Position numbers and translations under genes: made by a program
Source of the DNA: Tubulanus polymorphus
Taxonomy: Eukaryota > Animalia > Nemertea
NCBI RefSeq assembly: GCF_964204645.1
Contig: NW_027437472.1
Span: 1-64,000, forward strand
Length of the DNA: 64,000 bases
Direction of reading: 5' to 3'
Notes under the pieces: generated by a model
Told to the model about the DNA's origin: nothing
What the model saw: only the letters and a program-made list of their open reading frames with translations
The model's database searches: none
Part shown: positions 53,292-64,000 of the stretch, piece after piece
How the letters are laid out: the number at the start of each line of letters is the position of its first letter
How positions within the stretch are numbered: the stretch's first letter is position 1

Positions 53292-56200
53292 TCAGTAGAT
53301 ATACACGTACACATACGGGGATGGTCGACTCCAACCTTTCTTACTCATTGCGGCTCCCTATAGAAAAAGTCATAAAATGGTAATAGTTTCAACGAAAAGA
53401 TTTGTGTTTTGTCGTTAACAAATCATGAATAAAAAAGAGTTTTAAAACACACGAACTTATTTGACATTTTAATCCATGTGATATGGGCTGCTTGTGAATA
53501 CTGACCTGGCATCCGTACCAGGTCGAAGGCTTAAGATCGTAGATCAATTTGTCCTTATTGGACGATTTGATATTCCAGGACGATTTGCTTGACCTCAGTG
53601 GTTGAACATTTTCAGCAGTAGTTTCACCGCACTGTGCCGCATACTTTAAAACTTGACCGCCTCCCTCTTGTTGGTGATATTCGACCGATAAGTGCGAACC
53701 AGATCGTGTTTTCAAACTCACTTGTTTCAAGGTTATATGGATTTTCAGACGAGCTAGATAAACGATAAAATTATTTATGAAAACGATGTAATCACTCAAT
53801 GACCACATAAACCGATATTCTAGTATAGACTCAGTTAAGATACACTCCAGCTTCTCGAAAACTCACCTGCTTCGTCCGTCGTGAATTCTGTGTTGTTCGA
53901 TTGTTCGCTTTTTCCAGCTTCGTTCGTCCAGGCGTAGCTTACCACATACGTCGTGTATGGTTTCAGACCATTTAGACTTATGAATGTGCGCATTGTGATG
54001 TTTTCTCGGACCACCTCACCGGTGCTCTTCTCGTAGAGTTTGTAGTGGAATCCACTAAAGATACCATTTCTATTATTGCACGGTATGTTATAGAAGTTAA
54101 CTCCGGCAGAAGTCGTTTTCTGGAAGAACGTCACGGGTACCTTGTTTGGAGTAACCTTCGGTGGTTTGGGGGAACCGACAGGATCTGTGAGTATAGTAAA
54201 AGCCATAGAAACTTGGGAACTTTTTCACCACGCTACTTTTGTAACAAAGTTTGATTATTCCTTACTTAAGGATAAATTGGAACACTGCATGTTATTTATG
54301 GAAGTTACCTGACTGTGACGTAGTTATCCTTGTAGTGACATATTGACGACGTATTGCGCCTTCACCGAGCTGAACTGCTAAAATTCTCACATCATACGTA
54401 GAATAAGGTGACAACTCCGGGAATTCCATGTCGGTGTTGTTGGTGGGGAAGGGGGAAATCTGCCATCCTTTTCCTGAGTGGATTGCTGGACAACCTATCC
54501 GTTGGCGAAACTTGTATTCACCATGGAATTCGAATTTCAGGTGTTTTAGTGGTCCCGGGATTTTCCATGTCACGTTGACACGACCGGAGGACGTATTCAT
54601 TGCAGATATCTCGGACACTAAACAAATAAGACGGGAATTTAATTATTCGATGGGTCGTTTTTCAGGTCGTTTTACGAGTTGCCTGCTGATGGTTTTTAAA
54701 ACAACAATTGCATTTCAGATTTCAATATTTTCATTGTGATCGTGAAATAAAATGAATACACTGTACCTCCATCCCCGGCTATTACTTCAATACTATCGCC
54801 GAACACATATCTTTTATTGCCTTCATTTTTCACGCCCATTCTTATGCGATATCTGGTATACGGTTCCATATCAGGAGGGTTGGAAGTACTAAACATCGTC
54901 CATTCTGAATCTGGACTGTCTGCTAATTTATAGAAGAATGAATAGGAAGCCATGTATTTATTATGGCAATTGAGTTCATCTTTGTCAAGTCCCTACACCG
55001 AAAAAAGCGAAAATGAAATTATACATAGTGCGTTCAGCTGAGTATAAATGTTGTGATACATTAATGATTATATACGGGGCTAATACCACATAATACGGTG
55101 TGAGTCGATACATCTTTGAACTAGTTGCACCCACTCCTTGAATCAAATGCGAGATACGAGGCCCAACCGCCGGTTCTACAAAGAAGCACAAATACTCCAA
55201 AGAATTATTCTTCAAGATTGGACTTTTGCATTTGTAAATGTGCCACAAAGATTATGAGCAAAACAGCTGCACTAGTTTTGATAAATTGGCAAATTTGGCA
55301 TGATTGGTGCAATAAAGATGACGTAATCACAATAATTTCTTCATAAGCAATACGTACCATCACAGCCAGTATATACTGTACTGATTCGGCTCAGCAATGA
55401 AGAAGTCAAATTCGCCTCAAGCTTCTTCAATTTGACCGCAACCTCGTATCCAGTATTCGTTTCTAAACCGGTTATATTCTGTAATATCTTCCTTCCTTCA
55501 ATTCGAAATGATGACGGTGCTGTTATCCAGTCGACAGTGCCCAACTTTCTGTAAAACAGTACATACGCCACGCTCATACGTTTCCTACCAGAATCTGGTA
55601 TTTTGGTGATAGAAGCTTCGTGCCACAAAACGGAGACTTGGTGACGTGATTTGACGTAAGAACTCAACCAATAATCCACTTTGAAAGCTGAAAAGAATAT
55701 CTATTTCAATTAGAAGCGCGCACTAAAACAGTAAGGAGTTACGTCACCATGAGTTTACTTTATTCTGTATTCTCAAAAATATTTCATAGTTTTATGCATA
55801 ATGAGAACCGAAATAATGAACGTCTGATTTACGTTTTTCGCAGAATTTGCCAACTCGGTCAGCATTACAGCCACCAGGACAGAATCCGGTCATGTAGACG
55901 ACTGCGTTGTTTGGTACGTTTCGGTTACATCGGGATCTCTCGATGCAGTTGAACGATTCAGGATTTTTGCACATGTCTATATCTAAAAGCCCGATCATAA
56001 AGATTAGTAAAAAGGGCTACTCGGTAGACGTGAGCAATTTTATTTTCGACAGAACTGTTGATCTGTAGTGTTCTTTATCATTGCGGCATTGCCTGCTAGT
56101 AAGTCCAGTTTGTTATTCATTATCAAATTGAGCCGTACCTATATACTTATAACCGATAGCTTCGATATCTAGAACGTCTAAAATAGTAAGTTGAGGGTTG

Positions 56201-57600
56201 GTCACTTGTAAGGTAATGTATCGGCCTACCATCGGGGTATCGCAATCACTTCTCCAGTTACCTCTTAACGGATTGCGCGTCAAATTCTTACAAATCGGAT
56301 TTTCACCGAGTGTTGAACTGTTACCAACACGCACCTCAATATTCCACCTTCTATTTCCTGAAAACGAATGTACAAATGAATACCTGAAATATCAGACTGG
56401 TGAATCAATTGACAAAAAGGTTTTCCTCCGGATAAAGCATCATAGACTTTCTCTTGAAAACTTACTCCAACAGCAATATTTCGGATCTTCTCTCGTAAAC
56501 CAGATATTTACCGAACGGACGACGTGTTTAGAACCGAGGTTTATTCCAATCCACGGTTTCACTTGTAAATTAGTAGCGCAGCGGTCGTTCATCTCACGGC
56601 CATCGGTACAGAAATGTGAGGGCTTCTGTCTATTAGTCGACGATAATGTAACATTTTTCGAGCCGGCAATATTTCCTGCAGCGCAACATCAAAAAAAATG
56701 GGTAAAATGTATTCTATAATGTACATATGTGTAGCTGCCTTTTTAAAGGTTTTTGCGATGGTGCAATTTTGTGATCGAAATCAAACCAACATGCTGTGGC
56801 TATATGAAAACAAGGTTTCACAACAATAATTTGTTTGAGAAATTAGTTATTTGTTTTGAAGATAATACTTTTCTGTCATTCTTTTTAAAATCATTGCGCA
56901 AAAGACGGAATTTGCTGTCACACCTACCATACGTTGAACTAAATATTCTAATGGTTTCATCTTTCGTGATAATAACGTTTAAGAGATTCCCATTCTTACC
57001 TGTCTGGCATGCCGGACCTGACCAGCCGGGAAAGCAGCTCCCACTTTGACAAAAGAGCTCATTTTTTTGCGACATTGTAGGGCATATTCTCTTGCGAGTA
57101 TATCTTCTAGGATACTCCCGGCAATCACACACCCATCCTTTACAACTCTCGCCGAAACAACGAGATTCTAATGAAAACGGAGCTTGATTTTAGAAATCAG
57201 AAACGCCGAAGAATCATCAACGATCATTATCTAACATTAACTGCATCGGTGCAATAGCACTTGATGATCTATCCCTACTTTAATGTCTTAAACATTTCAA
57301 CATTTCTTTATAAAACACTATTAATCTAGTATTTATTGATGTAGATTATCCAGGAAATAAATAAATGAAAAAATTAAGAAAAACAATTTATAGGACACTA
57401 TTATAATCGGTACAAATTAAGTAAAAAGAATCACTTATCAAAAGCCGTGACCACATAACGACTTATTGTCGTTTTTAAACACGTGGACGAGGAGGTCCAT
57501 TTTTTGTTCGCTGGTTGATCATACCTTGCCCAGTCGCCAGTACGTCCGACAAGAAAAACGTCGCCATTAGAAAACCATACCACCAGTAGTAGCCCTCCAT
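53292..57600 (-). CDS. Copy B: paralog of copy A with the same secreted EGF-like/F-type lectin/FN3 architecture
   Basis: Signal exon MEGYYWWYGFLMATFFLSDVLATGQ (57525-57600). Exon order and phases match copy A. The last exon ...PSPYVYVYIY ends in TGA at 53292-53294. Confidence 0.85.
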
Positions 57601-58257
57601 CGTTTCAATTATGTATCGTGTGTGCCTTGTAGGTATATGTCGGTATGTATGATTTAGCCCGATCAGTCTATATTTGTTGTTACTTAATTTATACGTCGTA
57701 AAATTGGTCAATTATCCGCTTATCAACAGATCGATGCGGTCGTTGTACCCCAGTTACAGCCTGTAGAAGGGAGACCGTGCGACAATTCCAAATTTCCCAT
57801 TGCCGATGATTAAGGAGTTACCCCGTCCGTTTTAACTTAAACGTTACACACGAAGGAAGCTTTCCCAAAAATATCATAAGAGTGACATCAATCACGAAAA
57901 GCACCGCTATATATATTTCGAGATTTTCCGCAGAAAAAAAATACAATAACACTCATTTCAAATGAGTGTTATGGATAGTAAGTTGATCTCTAACATAAAT
58001 GAATAAATACATAACATATAATACATAATCAAAAGTTGTCCCAGAATCCAGGACGTAATAAACATAACGAACCTCCGTAGTGGAAATAACGCAAAAATGA
58101 AATAATTCCTATTGACGATTTACACATTTTTTCTTATTATAAGCGGTTCCAATCAGTTTTAAGCACGGATGATTTTATGTTTATAGTAATTCGCACGTTT
58201 TCACCAAAAAAGCTAATTTGCGACACGTTGCACATTTTGTATCATCAGTATCGGCTT

Positions 58258-60412
58258 TCAGTTGATATATACGTACACATACGGGGATGGTCGACTCCAA
58301 CCTTTCTTGCTCAATGCAGCTCCCTGTTGAAGAAAGTGAAGTCATACAATTTCAATAGTTTCTATCAAACATGATTAAAAAATGATGAATTATTGATATA
58401 CAGAAATGAGAAAGTCTATGATAAACTTCATCTATAATTACTGACCTGGCATCCGTACCAAGTCGAAGGTTTAAGGTCGTACACAATGTTTTCGTCTGCA
58501 TCAAATGATTTCATATTCCAGGACGATTTGCTTGACCTCAGTGGTTGGACATTTTCACCAGTAGTTTCACCACACTGCGCCGCATACTTTAAAACTTTGC
58601 CGCCGCCCTCTTGTTGGTCATATTCGACCAATAAGTGCGAACCAGATCGTGTTTTCAAACTCACTTGTTTCAAGGTTATGTTAATTTTCAGAAGAGCTGG
58701 ATAAACGATGAAATTACGTACGAAAACGATGTAATCACTCAATGACCATATAAACCGATATTCTAGTATAGACTCAGATAAGATACACTCCAGCTTCTCG
58801 AAAACTCACCTGCTTCGTCAGTCGTGAATTCTGTGTTGTTCGATTGTTCGCTTTTTCCAGCTTCGTTCGTCCAGGCGTAGCTTACCACATACGTCGTGTA
58901 TGGTTTCAGACCCTTTAGACTTATGGATGTGTGCATTGTGATGTTTTCTCGGACCACCTCACCAGTGCTCTTCTCGTAAAGTGTGTAATAGAATCCGCCG
59001 AAGATACCATTTTGGTTTTTGCGAGGTATGTGCGAGAAAGTGACTCCAGCGTATGTCGTCTCCTGGAAATCTTTCAACGCAACTTTTTCCGGAATAACTA
59101 CTGGTGGCTCTGGGGAACCGACGGGTTCTGTGAATATGAAAGAGAAGGGTCCATGGAAACTTGGGTAATTTTTTTCACCATATATCTGTGGAATTAGTTT
59201 TATATGTACCGATAAACTGAACAACTGCGGTTGATTCTGCTTAAAATTTACCTGACTGCATCGTAAGTATACTTGTTGTAACATATTGACGGCGCAGTAT
59301 TGCACCTTCACCGAGCTGAACTGCTAAAATTCCCACATCATACGTAGAATAAGGCGACAACTCCACGAATTCCATGTCGGTGTTGTTGGTGGGGAAGGGA
59401 GAAATCTGCCACTGGTATGCCCAGATTGCCGGACTATTTCTCCGTCCACGAAGCCTGTATCTTCCATGAAACTCGAATTTCAGGTGTTTCAGCGTGTTGG
59501 GGATTTTCCAAGTAACGTTTACACGTCCAAATGATGTATTCATTGCTGTTAGATCAGTAACTATATGAGTGAAATGAGTAAATTATGAAATGCATTTGAA
59601 TCCCGTGCGGAATGAATAGGATATGTAGGAAGATTTGCTGTAGAGAGGAAATGTGCCCGCACGAATAAGAAGGGTTCTCGAGGTAGGTCTTGTCCCGGCA
59701 TTTATATAAAGAAATTCTGACAGCTCAGTACCTCCATTTCCGGGAACGACTTCAATACTCTCGCCGGACACATATTCTGCGTTGCCTTTGTTTTTAGCAC
59801 CGACTTTCATTCGATATTTGGTATATGGCACCATGTCAGGAGGGTAGGACGCTCGGAATGCCTTCCATTCCGAATCTGCACTATCGGCTAACTGATAGTA
59901 TAATTCGTAAGCCACCCCTTCGGTATCATTACATCTCAGTTGACTGCTATTCAGAAGCTAGGATGAAATAATTATGTATTCAAAAATATGTAACGGTTAA
60001 TTTCAAATTTGATCCTCAATTTTCTCATTCTTTTACGAGTTGTGGAGGAGCCGCGGTAACTTGCTGCAAATCAGTTAGTGAAGACAGAGAGTACTTGAAA
60101 TTAACTATACCTGGGATTATGTCATAAGTACGAGATTTGGCTACTAGCGCATTATAATACCTCTATGAGATAAATGAGAAGTCATCTTTTGAAACCCACG
60201 TTGCAGGATGGTCGTCTCATTTGCCCGATGAAGCTCATTTACACAAGTCGCGAAAGCTCGTACTTTTCGGAGTACTATCTGTCATCACATTTTGGTAAAT
60301 TTCAATCCATAAAACGATACCTGATAAGTCGGGAAAATTCTAAATTTCGTTGAATTGTTGCTAACCATTCGCTCTTGTGACATATGCGTGATTTGAGGTC
60401 CAACGGTTGGCT
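58258..60412 (-). pseudogene. Copy C: more divergent paralog, 5'-truncated. It retains only the exons for the last four FN3-like repeats and may be a chimeric expressed gene
   Basis: Exons EPTVGPQITHMSQ...PTYQ (60321-60412), LLNSSQLRCNDTEGVAYELYYQL..., NTSFGRVNVTWKIP..., EPVGSPEPP..., ITLKQVSLK...STWYGCQ and GAALSKKGWSRPSPYVYVYIN-TGA (58258-58260) are all open. The signal, EGF, lectin and first FN3 exons are absent and replaced by duplicated sequence starting at 60549. Confidence 0.7.
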
Positions 60413-60548
60413 CTAGGAAATATATGGATGATCAAAATCTAAATTTCAGAGATAATTAAGATTAGTAGGAAAAAAAAAATTACTTGTGGTGATGAGTGGT
60501 GTCTCGTCCTCTCGTCCTCTGGTATGAAAGCCTGATTTTATAATTACT

Positions 60549-63500
60549 GCCCTCCATCGTTTCTATTGTGTAAATCGTGCCTTGTAGGTTTATGTCGGTA
60601 TGTATGATTTAGCCCGATCAGTCTATATTTATTGTTACTTAACTTACGTCGTAAAAATTGTCTAATTGAAATATCAACAGATCGATGCGGTCGCTGTACC
60701 CAGTTACAGCCTGTAGAAAGGAAACCGTACGGAAATTCCAACTTATCCCTTGCAGGCGATTGTTATACAATGCAGTCCGAACGTTTCAACTTAAACATAA
60801 CGCGAAGGAAGCTTTCATAAAAATATCATAAAAGTGACATCAATCATGGAAAAGCACCGGATGCAAAAAACTAAAGGAATAAACCGGGACATCTGCATGT
60901 TAAAAATAGACTGACATATATATATTTTTTTTATTTTCTGCAAGAAAAATACAATAACTACATGTATTCATTTGCCATATCCGAATAGTAAAGTTTATAT
61001 CAATCACAAACGAATAAATACAAAACATTAATGTTAAGTTGTCTCAGAAACCAGGACGTAATAGATTTAACGAACATACGCAGTGGAAATAATGCAAAAT
61101 AAACGGTTCCAATTAGTATATACACTATTATGTATTTTGATGTACACAGTAATTTGTACGTTTTCACCAAAAAAGCTAATTTGAGAAACGTTGCACATTT
61201 ATATCATCAGTATCGCCACTTTCAGTAGATATACACGTACACATACGGGGATGGTCGACTCCAACCTTTCTTACTCATTGCGGCTCCCTATAGAAAAAGT
61301 CATAAAATGGTAATAGTTTCAACGAAAAGATTTGTGTTTTGTCGTTAACAAATCATGAATAAAAAAGAGTTTTAAAACACACGAACTTATTTGACATTGT
61401 TATCCATGTGATATGGGCTGCTTGTGAATACTGACCTGGCATCCGTACCAGGTCGAAGGCTTAAGATCGTAGATCAATTTGTCCTTATTGGACGATTTGA
61501 TATTCCAGGACGATTTGCTTGACCTCAGTGGTTGAACATTTTCAGCAGTAGTTTCACCGCACTGTGCCGCATACTTTAAAACTTGACCGCCTCCCTCTTG
61601 TTGGTCATATTCGACCGATAAGTGCGAACCAGATCGTGTTTTCAAACTCACTTGTTTCAAGGTTATATGGATTTTCAGACGAGCTAGATAAACGATAAAA
61701 TTATTTATGAAAACGATGTAATCACTCAATGACCACATAAACCGATATTCTAGTATAGACTCAGTTAAGATACACTCCAGCTTCTCGAAAACTCACCTGC
61801 TTCGTCCGTCGTGAATTCTGTGTTGTTCGATTGTTTGCTTTTTCCAGCTTCGTTCGTCCAGGCGTAGCTTACCACATATGTCGTGTATGGTTTCAGACCA
61901 TTTAGACTTATGAATGTGCGCATTGTGATGTTTTCTCGGACCACCTCACCAGTGCTCTTCTCGTAGAGTTTGTAGTGGAATCCACTAAAGATACCATTTC
62001 TATTATTGCACGGTATGTTATAGAAGTTAACTCCGGCAGAAGTCGTTTTCTGGAAGAACGTCACGGGTACCTTGTTTGGAGTAACCTTCGGTGGTTTGGG
62101 GGAACCGACAGGATCTGTGAGTATAGTAAAAGCCATAGAAACTTGGGAACTTTTTCACCACGCTACTTTTGTAACAAAGTTTGATTATTCCTTACTTAAG
62201 GATAAATTGGAACACTGCATGTTATTCATGGAAGTTACCTGACTGTGACGTAGTTATCCTTGTAGTGACATATTGACGACGTATTGCGCCTCCACCGAGC
62301 TGAACTGCTAAAATTCTCACATCATACGTAGAATAAGGTGACAACTCCGGGAATTCCATGTCGGTGTTGTTGGTGGGGAAGGGGGAAATCTGCCATCCTT
62401 TTCCTGAGTGGATTGCTGGACAACCTATCCGTTGGCGAAACTTGTATTCACCATGGAATTCGAATTTCAGGTGTTTTAGTGGTCCCGGGATTTTCCATGT
62501 CACGTTGACACGACCGGAGGACGTATTCATTGCAGATATCTCGGACACTAAACAAATAAGACGGGAATTTATTTATTCGATGGGTCGTTTTTCAGGTCGT
62601 TTTACGAGTTGCCTGCTGATGGTTTTTAAAACAACAATTGCATTTCAGATTTCAATATTTTCATTGTGATCGTGAAATAAAATGAATACACTGTACCTCC
62701 ATCCCCGGCTATTACTTCAATACTATCGCCGAACACATATCTTTTATTGCCTTCATTTTTCACGCCCATTCTTATGCGATATCTGGTATACGGTTCCATA
62801 TCAGGAGGGTTGGAAGTACTAAACATCGTCCATTCTGAATCTGGACTGTCTGCTAATTTATAGAAGAATGAATAGGAAGCCATGTATTTATTATGGCAAT
62901 TGAGTTCATCTTTGTCAAGTCCCTACACCGAAAAAAGCGAAAATGAAATTATACATAGTGCGTTCAGCTGAGTATAAATGTTGTGATACATTAATGATTA
63001 TATACGGGGCTAATACCACATAATACGGTGTGAGTCGATACATCTTTGAACTAGTTGCACCCACTCCTTGAATCAAATGCGAGATACGAGGCCCAACCGC
63101 CGGTTCTGCAAAGAAGCATAAATACTCCAAAGAATTATTCTTCAAAATTGGACTTTTGCATTTGTAAATGTGCCACAAAGATTATGAGCAAAACAGCTGC
63201 ACTAGTTTTGATAAATTGGCAAATTTGGCATGATTGGTGCAATAAAGATGACGTAATCACAATAATTTCTTCATAAGCAATACGTACCATCACAGCCAGT
63301 ATATACTGTACTGATTCGGCTCAGCAATGAAGAAGTCAAATTCGCCTCAAGCTTCTTCAATTTGACCGCAACCTCGTATCCAGTATTCGTTTCTAAACCG
63401 GTTATATTCTGTAATATCTTCCTTCCTTCAATTCGAAATGATGACGGTGCTGTTATCCAGTCGACAGTGCCCAACTTTCTGTAAAACAGTACATACGCCA

Positions 63501-64000
63501 CGCTCATACGTTTCCTACCAGAATCTGGTATTTTGGTGATAGAAGCTTCATGCCACAAAACGGAGACTTGGTGACGTGATTTGACGTAAGAACTCAACCA
63601 ATAATCCACTTTGAAAGCTGAAAAGAATATCTATTTCAATTAGAAGCGCGCACTAAAGCAGTAAGGAGTTACGTCACCATGAGTTTACTTTATTCTGTAT
63701 TCTCAAAAATATTTCATAGTTTTATGCATAATGAGAACCGAAATAATGAACGTCTGATTTACGTTTTTCGCAGAATTTGCCAACTCGGTCAGCATTACAG
63801 CCACCAGGACAGAATCCGGTCATGTAGACGACTGCGTTGTTTGGTACGTTTCGGTTACATCGGGATCTCTCGATGCAGTTGAACGATTCAGGATTTTTGC
63901 ACATGTCTATATCTAAAAGCCCGATCATGAAGATTAGTAAAAAGGGCTACTCGGTAGACGTGAGCAATTTTATTTTCGACAGAACTGTTGATCTGTAGTG
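60549..64000. repeat. Recent segmental tandem duplicate of 52619-56070 (offset 7930 bp)
   Basis: Near-identical sequence including introns and intergenic DNA. Identity begins abruptly at 60549/52619 (GCCCTCCATCGTTTCTATTGTG...). Confidence 0.93.
61222..64000 (-). CDS. Copy D: near-identical duplicate of copy B (3' portion; 5' exons lie beyond the window end)
   Basis: The ORF track repeats copy B at an exact +7930 offset (53835 to 61765, 54292 to 62222, 55792 to 63722), with only scattered substitutions (YHQQ/YDQQ, KSEQ/KSKQ, LGEG/LGGG). Confidence 0.85.

Noticed and set aside
56198-56719. 173-aa plus-strand ORF and similar plus-strand ORFs across 48-64 kb
   Set aside because: Antisense shadows of the minus-strand lectin and FN3 exons.

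Overview
AT-rich eukaryotic (metazoan, probably invertebrate) genomic DNA with GT-AG introns. Bases 1-17 kb are essentially non-coding, with CpG-rich patches, MITE-like insertions and possible 5' exons of an unidentified minus-strand gene. A complete 16-exon maelstrom gene (HMG box + MAEL domain, piRNA pathway; about 572 aa, + strand, 22917-29776) lies convergent to a vezatin gene whose 730-codon CDS is a single exon (- strand, 30852-33044). This gene pair is bracketed by two diverged direct copies of a roughly 2.8-3 kb non-coding repeat (about 19.2-22.0 kb and 41.2-44.2 kb). Just upstream of the second copy is a tandem array of roughly 200-245 bp exon/intron-like units that sits behind a dense NF-kB/STAT/YY1 motif cluster, a candidate inducible spliced lncRNA. 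From 47.6 kb to the end is a minus-strand tandem family of predicted secreted EGF-like + F-type-lectin + EGF-like + 5xFN3 proteins: copies A and B are complete, C is 5'-truncated and D runs off the window. The array shows gene-conversion patchwork and a recent 7930-bp-offset duplication. The duplication junction fuses gene A's promoter and ATG to the truncated copy C, potentially in frame. All gene models were assembled by eye and no database searches were run.
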